A stretch of DNA of 64,000 nucleotides, taken from Lytechinus pictus. Its lineage: Eukaryota. This document shows positions 37,901 through 49,060 of the stretch, in pieces (the first letter of the stretch is position 1; each line of letters opens with the position of its first letter). The notes below the pieces were generated by a model. That model was not told where the DNA came from. It did not search any database and worked only from the letters and a program-made list of their open reading frames with translations. The stretch covers positions 17,858,001-17,922,000 of the forward strand of contig NC_087245.1 in NCBI RefSeq assembly GCF_037042905.1, written 5' to 3'. The position numbers and the translations under genes were made by a program.

Positions 37901-38111
37901 GTCCATCTCAGACAAGGACAAGATGAGTGGCGGATCATCATCATCCGTCCCAGACTTCCCTCGTCCCGCCGGTAGAGAGTTCATCCTCCGCAGCACGGTG
38001 CCACGCCCAGCCCCATACTCCAGGCCGACGCCCCAGAGGATGTACTGCGTGCTGCTGGATGATGATTTCAGACTTGCCGGAGCATTCACAGAGGACACTT
38101 CTTTCCAGTGA
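13918..38111 (+). CDS. RAB3GAP1: Rab3 GTPase-activating protein catalytic subunit, 23 coding exons, 1066 aa
   Basis: Spliced ORF of 3201 nt, all introns GT-AG. Motifs FEITDFTTASEWERFIS, NDFPPRAHCL, HLWHEFVLEMR, LLHQKLQMLNCCI, LLSDMESFKAANPGCTLEDFVRWYSPRDW, QKRLFDDTKEAEKVLHFL, and C-terminal FRLAGAFTEDTSFQ. Confidence 0.96.
14044..14096 (+). CDS. RAB3GAP1: RAB3GAP1 exon 2 (ESEVFEITDFTTASEWE)
   Basis: TAG/GTAAG, conserved motif. Confidence 0.93.
14163..14707. mobile_element. Intact hAT-like MITE with ~190-210-bp near-perfect TIRs
   Basis: TAGCCAGGCGGCTTCTAGAGAG... / ...CTCTCTAGAAGCCGCCTGGCTA; perfect 8-bp TSD GGTCCCTG (14155-14162, 14708-14715). Confidence 0.9.
14872..17457. mobile_element. 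PIF/Harbinger-like non-autonomous element
   Basis: 25-bp TIR GGCCAAGTAAAAAAAGA(A/T)AGTAGTT with 1 mismatch; TAA on both flanks. Confidence 0.8.
15188..16306 (+). mobile_element. Complete HINE/DINE-1-like element with ~5 x 155-bp tandem repeats
   Basis: 5' TTTTTGTCTCGCCTGC..GCGAGAC, (GTC)n, units at 15259/15414/15568/15723/15876, 3' GCAGGTGAGAC + hairpin AACGC-TTG-GCGTT + CTTGTT. Confidence 0.8.
17779..17854 (+). CDS. RAB3GAP1: RAB3GAP1 exon 3 (FISRLEQVIHDW...PLKK)
   Basis: TAG/GTAAAT, phase consistent. Confidence 0.9.
18515..18677 (+). CDS. RAB3GAP1: RAB3GAP1 exon 4 (GEFTSGKWEEKSE...)
   Basis: TAG/GTATGT. Confidence 0.9.
19267..19345 (+). CDS. RAB3GAP1: RAB3GAP1 exon 5 (...NDFPPRAHCLCR)
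   Basis: CAG/GTAAG. Confidence 0.92.
19400..19528. mobile_element. Small palindromic MITE, Harbinger-like (CAG flanks)
   Basis: GGCCCGTAACACAAAG / CTTTGTGTTACGGGCC; related termini at ~1209-1770. Confidence 0.75.
20216..21252 (+). mobile_element. Internally deleted hAT element retaining the transposase N-terminal BED-type zinc finger
   Basis: 13-bp TIR CAGAGATGCCAAC / GTTGGCATCTCTG; direct repeat TTATTG on both flanks. Confidence 0.85.
20609..20935 (+). pseudogene. Truncated transposase ORF (zinc finger AFCTIC...HGGRDDIRKHVGSKRH)
   Basis: CxxC...H...H with spacing typical of hAT N-termini; no DDE domain follows. Confidence 0.75.
22807..22926 (+). CDS. RAB3GAP1: RAB3GAP1 exon 6 (YGLRHFVVLSP...NNTN)
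   Basis: TAG/GTGAG. Confidence 0.92.
23321..23486 (+). CDS. RAB3GAP1: RAB3GAP1 exon 7 (AVPMFAQI...FKSKL)
   Basis: TAG/GTAAA. Confidence 0.92.
23951..24050 (+). CDS. RAB3GAP1: RAB3GAP1 exon 8 (...VAVRFTYVLHDW...)
   Basis: CAG/GTATGT. Confidence 0.92.
24658..24811 (+). CDS. RAB3GAP1: RAB3GAP1 exon 9 (...LPYGAVEDPVSELHLAATWP...)
   Basis: CAG/GTAAGG. Confidence 0.92.
25444..25517 (+). CDS. RAB3GAP1: RAB3GAP1 exon 10 (DLDPLQAPQWS...)
   Basis: CAG/GTAAGT. Confidence 0.92.
26043..26135 (+). CDS. RAB3GAP1: RAB3GAP1 exon 11 (DYLKGFAKL...FEDDDD)
   Basis: CAG/GTAGGT, phase 1 preserved. Confidence 0.87.
26638..26822 (+). CDS. RAB3GAP1: RAB3GAP1 exon 12 (...ALHRLTDPA...ESPIPVNILNDILV)
   Basis: CAG/GTAAG. 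Confidence 0.9.
27417..27509 (+). CDS. RAB3GAP1: RAB3GAP1 exon 13 (FLFPDA...)
   Basis: TAG/GTAAC. Confidence 0.9.
28463..28635 (+). CDS. RAB3GAP1: RAB3GAP1 exon 14 (...FKTAPESSLTYKL...HLWHEFVLEMRYR...)
   Basis: TAG/GTAAG. Confidence 0.93.
28695..28888 (+). mobile_element. 5'-truncated SINE fragment related to the copy at 57876
   Basis: Shared core TGTGCTGCACTCAACCCAGGTGAGGT.AATGGGTACC and (TAT)n tail. Confidence 0.75.
29507..29561 (+). CDS. RAB3GAP1: RAB3GAP1 exon 15 (...CCLLHQKLQ)
   Basis: TAG/GTAAGT. Confidence 0.92.
29860..30682. mobile_element. Non-autonomous DNA transposon, Harbinger-like
   Basis: 20-bp TIR GG(CC/GT)GTGTTTATGCTTCCAC; flanks TTA/TTG. Confidence 0.7.
31287..31611 (+). 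CDS. RAB3GAP1: RAB3GAP1 exon 16 (MLNCCIDRKK...EEEFFEC...)
   Basis: TAG/GTGAGT; contains an FFAT-like motif. Confidence 0.92.
32335..32519 (+). CDS. RAB3GAP1: RAB3GAP1 exon 17 (...KPEGRL...LYIPVTQ)
   Basis: TAG/GTGAGT. Confidence 0.9.
32743..32880 (+). CDS. RAB3GAP1: RAB3GAP1 exon 18 (DPAPMTEDMLEE...LLSDMESFK)
   Basis: TAG/GTAAAG. Confidence 0.93.
32990..33634. mobile_element. Tc1/mariner MITE
   Basis: TA|CAGTTGAGGCCAGAAGTTTACATACACCCA ... TGGGTGTATGTAAACTTTTGACCTCAACTG|TA; resembles Sleeping Beauty-type Tc1 termini. Confidence 0.9.
34005..34148 (+). CDS. RAB3GAP1: RAB3GAP1 exon 19 (AANPGCTLEDFVRWYSPRDW...LSQRMQ)
   Basis: TAG/GTAAAT. Confidence 0.93.
34284..34685. mobile_element. Diverged TTAA-flanked (Kolobok-like) MITE
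   Basis: TTAA|AGATAAAT... and ...ATTTAGCT|TTAA, weak TIRs. Confidence 0.4.
34987..35182 (+). CDS. RAB3GAP1: RAB3GAP1 exon 20 (LPGNTWQEVW...QKRLFDDTKEAEKVLHFL...)
   Basis: CAG/GTAGG; conserved GAP-core segment. Confidence 0.93.
35634..35734 (+). CDS. RAB3GAP1: RAB3GAP1 exon 21 (AEKVPSLK...IKKYE)
   Basis: TAG/GTCAGT, phase consistent. Confidence 0.85.
36823..37056 (+). CDS. RAB3GAP1: RAB3GAP1 exon 22 (EIVKQV...SLRAKF...EQPEV...AAQR)
   Basis: CAG/GTTAGT. Confidence 0.92.
37836..38111 (+). CDS. RAB3GAP1: RAB3GAP1 exon 23 (...FPRPAGREFILR...FRLAGAFTEDTSFQ*)
   Basis: CAG acceptor, TGA at 38109-38111. Confidence 0.94.
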   Translation, partial: SAHMLTDDSLHQEDNSESYSSPSISDKDKMSGGSSSSVPDFPRPAGREFILRSTVPRPAPYSRPTPQRMYCVLLDDDFRLAGAFTEDTSFQ

Positions 38112-39000
38112 AGGTCTTGTCAAGCCCCCAAGGGTTCCTTTACAGGTCCTTGGTCTTCCCTGGCACCCTTATGTCTTGGTGTTGATCAAAGTGCAAGATT
38201 TAGAGTTGAAGCCTGCAGCAGTCATATAGCCAGCATGACTTGACACCACTGATATTTATCACAGTCTAAGGTTGATACATGTACATCTAACATGACTTGA
38301 CGCCATGTTTCTTGATATTTATCGGAGTGTAATGTTCAGAGTTGAAGCTTCCAATATTCTTACAGCTAATTAGTGTGAGTTCCGTTTTGGGCAGACTGAA
38401 TGATGTAAGGTACAAGATGCTCTGTAATGTCATTTCAACTAGGTTAACTTCTTGCCATCGCTTCATTAAATTTGTTAGTGATAACAATTTTTTGAAGTCT
38501 ACAAATTTGCCCTTTGCCTATCAAGATTTAGTAGCTTTGAATTGTCATTGATATCAATAATATAGCAATCGGGGCTGTTCCTTACTATTGATCTCACGGA
38601 TCTTCTCTTACTCCCTCTCTGTAGCAATCAATTTAGATGGGGAACATAACCAGCATAGGAAATACATGAGCGTGACAGGTGATTTCGCCCTCATGACAGC
38701 CCAAATTGCCCCTAAAATGCATGCATTGGGGCAACCATTCTTTCTAGAGTCAACCCAAGATCTGTTCTGTTGTAGAAGGATAATATTGCTTTTACTGCAC
38801 AATTACTTTTTACCCCTAAAAAGTAGCCCATAAAATGAAAGAAATGGCCCCCAATTCTGTGATCGCCTGAATGTGAAAAAGAAAAATAGCCCCTAAAAAT
38901 AAAAATTATTTCCTACCCTGAACATAACACACATTAGCAATTATTCAGCATGCCTGCTCTGACTCACAGTATACAAATATTGACTGTGCATGAGGATGAC

Positions 39001-39123
39001 TGTGTAAATTATCATTCCCGAGGTGCGTTTCATACTCGCCCTTCTATCACCCCTCCGCCAAGGCCTTGGGGTGACAGAAGGGCTGGTATGAAAAGTACTG
39101 AGGGAGTGATGATTTTCACTACA
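39001..39123. repeat. ~120-bp imperfect palindrome (foldback MITE-like)
   Basis: CATACTCGCCCTTCTATCACCCC / GGGGTGACAGAAGGGCTGGTATG stem, extendable outward. Confidence 0.8.
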
Positions 39124-40089
39124 TCCGAATACAGAGCAGTCCATATTTGTTTCATGTACCTCATCGATAATCACATAACTCTATCCCCAATGTATTAAAT
39201 TTCACGGCCACTGGTGTAACTCTAATCTCAATTTGATTTGCTAATTTTGAACAAGCTGCACTACCAGGGCTGCTCTGCTGCATGCTGGCCAGGACAACCG
39301 ATAAATCCAGTTGGCCAGCCAGTGCGCCGTTGGCTGGGCGTTCATGACCGAGCAGCAGCAGCAAAGCGCAGCCAGTTAGCTCGAGGGCGCGTAGATACAT
39401 GTACAAAACTCCGCCCTCTGGGGTTATGAGTACTATCAGAGGATTTGATAGAAGAAATGTACAGTAAGTCAAACCCTGAGACGATGAGACGGAATTATAA
39501 GGCTGACCCTGAGACAGAATAGCACCGCGTCACATGATGCAGTTTTGACCAATCAGAGTATGAGTTATATAATCTCAGTATGAGGTATATAACAATCTCA
39601 GTATGAGGTATATAATAATAACTCTCATGCTCACTCTGTTGGTCCATTGTTCTTAACTTATCAAGCTCATGAGAGAGCAATCAAGCAAACCACAGGCTAT
39701 GATATTGTAATAATCAACAAAAAACACAAATGATAGAAAATAAGTTTTAAATCGATATCACACTTTTGAACTTGTCTTTGTCACAGCCAGAGCAAATAAC
39801 AACACATGCGTGTCCAGAAGTTTACAGATTAGCAAAACATACTGGAGTAGCAAGCATTTTATGTGCACATCCTACCTTGAATACACAGAGGAAAAATGTC
39901 CTGGAACTGAACTGCACTCCCGTGACAACAGTTGCCCTTGTCCTGACATAGACCCTGACCATTATATCCAACCTCTCTGCCCTTTTAATCTAAAAAGTGC
40001 CCTCTTTAAGGCGTATTTTGTCAAACAATCACTCCACTGACTTTGATGTCATGGCATATAGAGGGCGGGCAATGTCAGCAAATCCTTGA

Positions 40090-40225
40090 ATAAATAATGC
40101 CAGTCTGCAATCGCCTTCATTTTGTCTAGATCAGTAAAGATGACGTCCAATGTTGGAACATGGTCGAGGTATAGAAGGGACTTGATGAACAGATGACATT
40201 TATTTGGCTTCAGCTTAACTGAGCA
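40090..40225 (-). mobile_element. Ty3/Gypsy pol relic (end of RT)
   Basis: KLKPNKCHLFIKSLLYLDHV...TDLDKMKAIADW resembles the Gypsy LKPxKC..V.YLGH..DP.K..AI..W motif. Confidence 0.75.
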
Positions 40226-40464
40226 TAGTCTCAAGAAGGTTGTCCAAAGGACTTCCTCTTCCACACTCTGCCCTACAAGGTATATCAGATGAATCTCTTG
40301 TTGGAGGCCTGTCATCACCTTCATTAATCTTTCAATTGTAGCCAGGACATTGGTGAGCCTAAAAGTAATGACTTTCCATCAATAAGAGTCCATTCCTGAC
40401 ATCTTGTAAAGATTTGTCCTTGGCATCCTGGCAAAAGCCTGGTAACAAGTACACACAGAGACTG

Positions 40465-40612
40465 GGGACCCGTTTCATAAAACTTGTTATAGTAACATAT
40501 TCGCAATAACAGTTTAAATCTGCTGAAATCCTTCTGTCTGATTGGCTGATAGTAAATTTGTTGTAGAATTTCTGCATTTGTTACTATAACAAGTCTTTAT
40601 GAAATGGGGACC
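40465..40612. mobile_element. Small palindromic MITE with CTG flanks
   Basis: TTTCATAAAACTTGTTATAGTAACA / TGTTACTATAACAAGTCTTTATGAAA; similar elements at ~42626-42758 and ~58356. Confidence 0.7.
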
Positions 40613-42929
40613 CTGGGCTTTTACACTCATCCCCTATCCCCTGGTTCTGCCTCTCATTCTAGCGCCCTCTTCAGGCTTATTGTGTCACAGTAACAATATT
40701 TATGATTAAAATGAATGTGGTTTAGCAACAGGAGGAAATGCTGATGCTTATTAGCAGTTATCCCCGTATAAAGGGATAGAACGTAATCATGAATAGTGGT
40801 TAGAAATGAGAAGGTGGTCTCAAATTCACTTGAAAATGCCTCTCAATTAATTTTGAATATAAAGATATGGTCACATTAAATTATTTAACAATTTATTAAA
40901 AGCAAGCATGAATAAAATCCGAAGCAAATATAGAAAATAATAGTTTGCAGATCACTTCAGCTGATCTGCTTGTCTGCTTGTATGGTACTTTGAGAATAAT
41001 GGTATTTTAAAGTAAAGACTGGTTATAATGATTCTTAGCGAACTCATTCAGAGAGAATGTCCATTGGTTTTTTAAAGTTTTGTTATGGTGCAATGTGCTT
41101 ATTCCTAACTGTATAGCTCTTACTCTTTTTTGGTAGAAGACATTGCATTTCTGGAAAAGAGAGATTGTCTCAAGATGATGATATACATGGTACCACAATA
41201 TAATGCAAGATATATGTTTTTAAACCAGTTGAATTTTAATATATTCATGTGAAACTATATATTGCTTGTATTCATTATCATTTTTAAACTACAGGATAAT
41301 AGCTTACGCTCTTTGTTTCCTAAAAACAAGTATTTTCATAATTTGGATGCAAATAATTGCCCTATATTTATTTTTCCATTTCTAGAAAGTTTCTTTACCT
41401 TAAATCATACAAGAGCATGTATATCATTCAAATTATCTTATTTCATACAACCATCGTGTCACAAAAAAATTATTAGATGTGTAAAATTATGTATGATCAC
41501 ACCTGTAATATATAATGAATATTCATGTATTATGTGCTAATAAATACCAAATACACAAATAATTTGGTCATTATGGTCATGAAATATAGGGGAAAAGATG
41601 ATAATTTTTTATGATTGTGATATTAATAGGCAGGAATGATGATGAGGAGGAGTAGAAATATGGTGGTAATAAGGTTGCTGCTGATGATGATGTTTGTGAT
41701 GAGAAGGAGAAGAATGATGATGTAAAAGATAAATGGGGATGGTGATGATAATGGTGGTAATAATTCTATGAATTAACGATGATGAAGATGACAATGATAT
41801 TAAAGGCAGTTAGTAAGAGTACCACCATACCACAAACAAATCTTCCAGCAGGCTTGGTCTCTATGTTGCACCAAGCCACTGCAGTGGGCCACACATGTAG
41901 TTTTCCCTTTTGTGTTTTCATGTAAATTATTCGTCGCCTTTTATTTTAGTTCTAAAAATAGTTAATGACTTCCATTATGTCTAAAATGTTTAGGAATTGT
42001 TCATTATGCTCAAAGGAAAGAGACAGTATAGCTCTATTCTTTCAAGAATTTTTGGAATACTTTTAATACTGTTAATTAGTAATTTTGATGATGATACAGA
42101 TCATGATAAGATGATAATAATAAAGATGACTGTTTTGACATTAATGTTCGTGACGATGTTGTGAATGATGGCATAGATGATGGGCAATGACTAATTTCGA
42201 CCTATGATTACAATAACTAGGTATAATCATTTACTGATTCCATTTTATTTATCTATTCCATTCTTGGTCCTAAATGGGGAGGATTGCCATTGTCATCCTC
42301 GAAATCCAAAGTGAGCACAATCCAAGAAAAAAAATTATACAAAAAGTGAAAAATTTGTAAAAGTAATGTGAATGAAAGAAAATCTGACTTCAAATATATT
42401 CCCTTTATAGATAATCAGCCTATTTATATTTGATGTATTTTTAAATTATAGCTGAAGAGGATCAGACCACCTGGTCCCAACAGGGTCTATCAAAATTCAT
42501 TCCGTTTCCGCGTATCTTCACTTTCTCGTCTCGAATCCATTGAATGTCCTCAATACGTGTATTACGCGCGTTGTGAAGAAAAAAATATATACTTTTATGC
42601 GTTCTCGTAAACTGGATAGTGTACTGGGGAACGTTTCATGAATGGGCGTGACATTTTTTTTATTGACAATCACCATATGAACTGTCCTCAGCCAATCAAA
42701 ATCAAGGATAATTGTCAAAGACACCTTACCAGACTAAAAATTGTTGATGAAACGCTCTCAATGCCTCTTCATGATTTAAATGACTCAGACCCAGAGAGTA
42801 ATAATTTCCTTTCATTTTTTCAACCTCCGGGTGATAAAATACATATAGGAAACAAATGATCCTTCGCTGGGAGAGCAAACTACTTCAAAACGGAAAACTT
42901 TTGAAAACATGAAAGTAAACACTTTTATC

Positions 42930-43445
42930 AGACGTAACAAAATTCACACCAAACTAATTTTGGGTATAGCTCCCCGGGTAATTTCCTATTGACCTCATAT
43001 TCAAACACTGCAGCCTTCAGAGTTAAATCACCACTATTTACACAAAACAACCTAAATATCGAGGAGAGTCTTTTCAATAGGGATGAGCAATTTCGAATTG
43101 TAAGGTTTTCTTTGTCAGAAAATAGCCCACAGATGCTTTTCACCTTTCTTAATAGATTTGGTGTAAGAGAAACGCTTGGATACACTATACCAGCCGCTTC
43201 GAAGATTTTTAACAAACTAATACGATCTCACAGTCTCGGTGCTTGAAAATTCCTTTTATTCACACAAACAATCGAACAAAATCGAGAAGTGTAATACAAA
43301 AAGATAGCGAATAAAAAGAACCCTGGAATTGTGTCATTGTCCCGAAGCCGAGAAAGCTTTTTCGTAGTTTAAGCTGGAAACTATTCCAGTTAGATGCGGA
43401 GAAAGCTGAACTATTAAAGATGTTTTTCGATTTTCGTAATTCCAA
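42930..43445 (-). mobile_element. Possible degraded L1/Tx1 LINE ORF2 C-terminal relic
   Basis: Fragments SFQLKL..FL, SLSFC, HRDCEIV and ICGLF..N...LLKR loosely follow the zf-RVT/C-terminal pattern; frameshifted. Confidence 0.35.
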
Positions 43446-46400
43446 CCAATCGATAAAGAGTTTGTAAGGATTCTTTATTTGGATACTTTCATCATGACCA
43501 CTTATTCATAAATGGGATTTTCCCTTTCGAGTTTCGCGCCCGATATTCAGAGAATTATACAAATATTTTGTCTTTCGTCATTTAAATGATGGATATAATT
43601 ATAGTCCGTTCGAAAATGGGTTGTTTGAATTGAAATACATGAAACATATCAAAATGGCATACTGAAAACTTAAATCAAGACATCTGACAAAGAGTGGGAT
43701 TGGTTTTGAAATAAAATAGAAGATGAAACCTCGGTAAAAGAAAAACTTTTTAAAAAGCTTAAGAATAAATAGTCCATTAAAGTAAAGGCCCTGGGAAGCG
43801 GGGTGCTGCTGGTATTATTCTCCATAGGCAGCACCCTCAGGTATTCTGGAAGATGTGTAAACATGGAAAATGTAGACCTAACCAACATTACTTTCATTTT
43901 GTAGTGAAATCTTTTTTTTTTTTGGGGGGGGGGACTTCTCAAATTTCTCTGGACCAGTTTGACCTCCATTTTGTATAGTGAAAACCTTTTTTTTAGAAAA
44001 ACTTTTTTTTTCCTTTTCAAATTGACATCAGCACCCCCTTAATAAATAATTCGTTCTCAGTGCCCGGAGTCCATCCTACCAAATATGTAAAAATTTGGTC
44101 AAAATTACTATGTCGTAAATCTCGAAGTAATGCAGGCAAATGTAATGATGGCAAATGATTATTAATTTTTGGCTTGATTATTTAGTTGTCTGCATGATAT
44201 ATGTAGCATTCGCAATTCAATGTTTCTGCTCTAATCGCCCCCCCCCCGAAAAATTCCAAGGGACTTGTTATAGTTTCCTTGATCAGAGATTTTGTTGAAA
44301 TATCCTCCCAGGGAGTCAATGGGAATCTTTTTCTCATCTCTCCTTTGTTTTCCCCCTCCTGCTTTGAAGAACTAATCCGAAAGAATTTTGCTATCAGCTG
44401 TTTCGATGTTTATTTCCTTATTTTTCTTTATCATTTTTACTAGATTTCTGGCTGTCTTGAATTAAGCCGCTTCCCCTGCCACACCTTAAAACCCTTTACC
44501 GCGTGTTTCTCTCAACCATGCATGCTAAGGATTGTTTGTATACAAACTTCTTCATTTCCTTCATACCTCCATTCGTTTCTATCCTATTGTTGGACAAGAT
44601 GATGAGAAGAAGATTAATAAGACCCTAAATCCTTAGAAGGATATAAACTCTAGAAAAAAAATGGACACACACAAACGAATAATCCTGGAGGCGCGAACTT
44701 TCGAATGGGTGGGTGAAATTAAATCGTTTATCAAATTATTTAACGAGGAAGTGTTCGGAAATGGACAAGAACACTCAGAATGAGAATGAAGAGAGCAAAG
44801 AAGGGGTTATAAACGAAGGACCAAATATTTCCGTTTGTTAAGGATTTCTGTTGGCATTTTGCCTGCCTCATAAGACATTAATATACAAAGAAACGAGGAA
44901 TATGACAAATGCAGAGAAACTTGAGAGAATTTGAAGAAGAAGAAAATGTTAAGCAGAAGAAGAATGTTAAGAACGAGAAGAAGAAATCGAAGGAGGAGAA
45001 GAAGGAGAAGAAGAATAGAAGGAGGAGGATGTGGACGAGGAAAAATAAATATCAACTATAATATAGGCCTACCGATATACTTCAGGCCGGGGTTTGAATG
45101 AGAAAGAATATGAGAAATGAAAAGTGACTTCATGATTTTTTCATATGTGAAAAATAATTTCAATTACATCTGTGTTAATATAATAATGATAAACTTATGG
45201 TAATAAAACCATAACTCTAATTTACGAGAGAACCTGATTGAGAATGCAGATCGTTCAACAAATATTCAAGGATAATTTTTAGAAATAAAACTTTATTATG
45301 AAGTTATCAGAAAAATCAAAGCTGATATTTTACCTGTCACGGTCACGTTACAAACGAATATATAAAACTGCGCATGCGTTCAAACATTGCAACCGTGACG
45401 CACATCGTGTAAAGAAGAGTGTAAACAAAATGAGAACGATCATAAAAAGAGGACGGTGTCAAGATAGAAAGTTTGAAGGTCCATAGTGCATTAAGCCGTT
45501 ACACGACAATGACGACTGTTTTGAAAGCTTCTGAATTCAAATCTCCGGTCTCTTTCACACGTCAACAAGCACATAAAACTTAACAAACTCAACGACAAAA
45601 AAAAATAAGTAAAAAGGAAAATAATTGTGTATTCTCCGAAGTGCTGGGTATCATTTCCCGTGATTATAGGTTTTTTGTAAAGCGGATAAGATCTGTTTTT
45701 ATTGTGATCTGTACTATAAGTACATACCGATTACGGAGTAAGATTTTTGCACTTCAGTGAATCTTTAAAACTGCTCTTGAAAAAGTCGATTCGCGTCAAA
45801 AGAATCACTATAAAGAAACACTTAACGAACCAAGAGATAGTTAGTTGTTGGTGCCTCTTGGATACTTGGATAGAAAGAAGAAGAAAAAAAAAATCTTTAA
45901 TAGCATTGTTGTTACCCGTTCATTTGAGCCATTTGCTGTTCCACATTAATTCCAATATGGCGAATGAATTTAATTTTTCATGAATAGAGACAAATCTTTA
46001 ATATGACGGTAATTTGAATTAGCATGCTTTTGACATGTTTGATGTGGACTTTCAAATGTGTATTCCTTAGATCAATTGTATCTCAGTTGGCTACAATGCT
46101 TTAGATCACCCCGAGTATCAATTAAAAAAGATAATGAATGTATGATTAGTATGAATAAGATAATGAAAGAAAGAAAGAAAGGAAGGAAGGAAGAATAAAA
46201 CATAAATAATGAATGAATCAACTGAACGAAATTAAATGAAAATGCAAAGTGTGTTTGTCAAACTTTTGAATATAAATATTTCTAGACCTGATATCACGAA
46301 CTTCACTTTATTCATTTCTGCCAATATCCTTAATAGTCATAATGAGCAAATTTTTTAATGATTACAGGACAAGACCTATATACAACTTGGGACAACGGTT

Positions 46401-46678
46401 TAGTGTGAAAATGGCAGCGGTAAAATGACAGAGGTAAAAATGGCAATGGTAAAAATTGTAGAGGTGAAAATGGCAAAGGAAAAAATGGCAGAGGTATAAA
46501 TTGCCGGTCTTAAACCCCCATGCAATAAAAAAAAGTCAGAGTTAATCCCCGCATGTACATAGATTAAGTAAGAAAGGTACTGAGAAGAGAATTAAGATTA
46601 TAATGTTGAACTAATGGAAAGTGTAATATTTTTTTAATTATAGGTTACAACGTCTGCACCAAATTGATAACCCTCGGG

Positions 46679-49060
46679 CAGGGGCGGAAATCTCTCCCAA
46701 AGGGTAGGGGGGACACAGGGGCGGATCCAGCCTTCGCCAATAAGGGGTGGGCGGAAATTTGTTTCAGCCATATTTTCCCCGATCGGCAGCTCGAAGATGA
46801 TTTTTGTTTGTTTCTTTGAAGGGGTAGTCCTCATTAGTCACTTATTAGCTTTATTCTTATAAATTAATATCATAATCTTTATTTATATGATGCGAACGCG
46901 AAGCGCGAGCTAATTTTTTGGGAAATTTTATGTATTTTTTCCTAAAATTTGATTATTCTGGGCAATGTTTGTTATCCTGAAAAAATGTGTATGCAACTTA
47001 ATAATTACTACAAACGCAAAGCGCGAGCAGAAATGAACTGATGGAAAAGATACCTGTTAAAGACTGCGTGCAGTTAGCATTTAACAATCAAATATTTTCG
47101 AGCGCGAGCTGATTTTTTTTTACATTTTCACCTAAAGAATGGAAATTCTAAGCACTTTTTGTAACTCAAGCAGAATAGGCATATACGTCAACCATTAATG
47201 CGAGCGCGAAGCGCGAGCGGAAAATTTCGAGATTTAGTCCTATAATATTTACTGAACGAGACACTCTATTCATGTTTTGTAAATCCTGAAAAGGATGAGT
47301 ATTAATAATGCGAGCGCAAAGCGCGAGCAGAACAATTTTATATACGTTTTGAACTGGTACCAGTTGAAAAGGTACCTGTTAAGGACTGCTTGCACTTAGC
47401 CATGAAGGCGTTACATATTTCAGCAATGAGCGCGAAGCGCGAGCTGAAAATTTTTGAACTTTCTAAAGAAAGAATGGACAATTTTAATCAGTTTTTGTAA
47501 TCGTGAACAGGATAGGAATATAATTTGACGATTGATGCGAGCGCAAAGCGCGAGCTGAAAAAAAAATCGAGATTTAGCCCTAAAAATGGGCCACTCTGTT
47601 CATGTTTTGTAAATCATCAAAAGGATGGGTAATATGGGGTCTTCCTACATTAATAATGCGATCACAAAGCGCGAGCAGAAAAATTTTGATATTGTGATCT
47701 GAAACTGGATAATGATTTGAATTAGAGAACAAGTTGAGTATCTGAATAAACATGCGCGAGCGTATTTCATATTTAGACCTAGAATCTAGGCATTCTAAAT
47801 ACAACTTTAATCATGAGAATCATGAAACTTTGATATTCCGATCTGAAAAAAGAGTCAATTTCAGCTTTATATTTCAAGCACTTTGTATAAAAATTGTAAG
47901 GTGGATATGGATCGCACTTAAAAAAGAGCTGATATTATTATTACTTTGAGTTTTGACATAGGACCGGGACATCCTTACGACATGTCATCATATGAAAATG
48001 ATGACTATCCTCCTATTCCTCTTGCTAAGCGCGAGATGAAACAAAAGGGACAATTTCATTATTAAATTAATATCATATTGATCATAATGAGGGCGCGAAA
48101 TCTGATGATATCATGGCATAAAAACTGGACATTTCACTTTTGTGATTATAAATAGGATGCATCAGTTAATATATTTCTAACCATTAATGCGAGCACAAAT
48201 CGCGAGCTGAAATTTTTGATAAACTGTAATGAAAAGGGGATTTTAAGTAGTTTGTTGTATAATCAATATTGAAACATTTATATAACTCGCCAATCAAAAT
48301 GCGAGCGTGCAGCGCGCTAGCTGATACGTCTTGACAATCAGACCTGAAAAGGGATATTTTGAAAACTTTATTAAATACACGAAAATAATAGGTACCTGAT
48401 AAATCAAAATTTGCGAGCGCGCAGCGCAAGCAGCAAATGTTAACATTCAGACCATAAAACTGACATTTTTACAAAGCACTTTTTAAAAACCAATTTGTAA
48501 ATTACACAAAATAATAAATGTTCGATTTCCGAGGTAAAATATGTTTTGTATATTGACTTCCAAACTTGATATTCGAACTCCATATTGAACAAGATATGTT
48601 AATCACATAACAGGCAATGCGAGCGCGAAGCTTGAGCGAAAATTTTATATAGTGGCACGAAATATTCTTTTTATTTTCCAAGTCTTCCCCTCATCTTATT
48701 TTAAGCACTCGTCGTCCTTCTCTTCTTTTTCTCCTCTCTTTTCCCTCTTTTTCCTTCTTTCTTTCCCTTTTTTCTTTTTTTGCTCCGCCAAGAGGGGGGG
48801 TGGGGGGGGGCTTCGGCCCCCGGATTCGCCTATGGGGACAAGGGGCCGGAAAATTTGACAAGCAAAAAAAAGGTTATCATCGCCAAAGTAAGGTCATCTT
48901 GTCCCAAAATACATGTTTTATTTCGATTTAGAATGATGTATTTCTTACCATCATAAAAGACCAAAATAGTAGGGGGGGGGGACATTTGATATTGTGTCCC
49001 CCCTAATATTTTGAGTAGGGGGGACACGTCCCCCTGTCCCCCCTGGGATTTCCGCCCATG
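46679..49060. mobile_element. hAT-like MITE hosting a nested element
   Basis: CAGGGGCGGAAATC / GATTTCCGCCCATG; perfect 8-bp TSD CCCTCGGG. Confidence 0.85.
46716..48834 (+). mobile_element. Full-length GCGAGCGCGAAGCGCGAGC-family element
   Basis: CAGGGGCGGATCC / GGATTCGCCTATG; G(n)ACA on both flanks. Confidence 0.8.
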
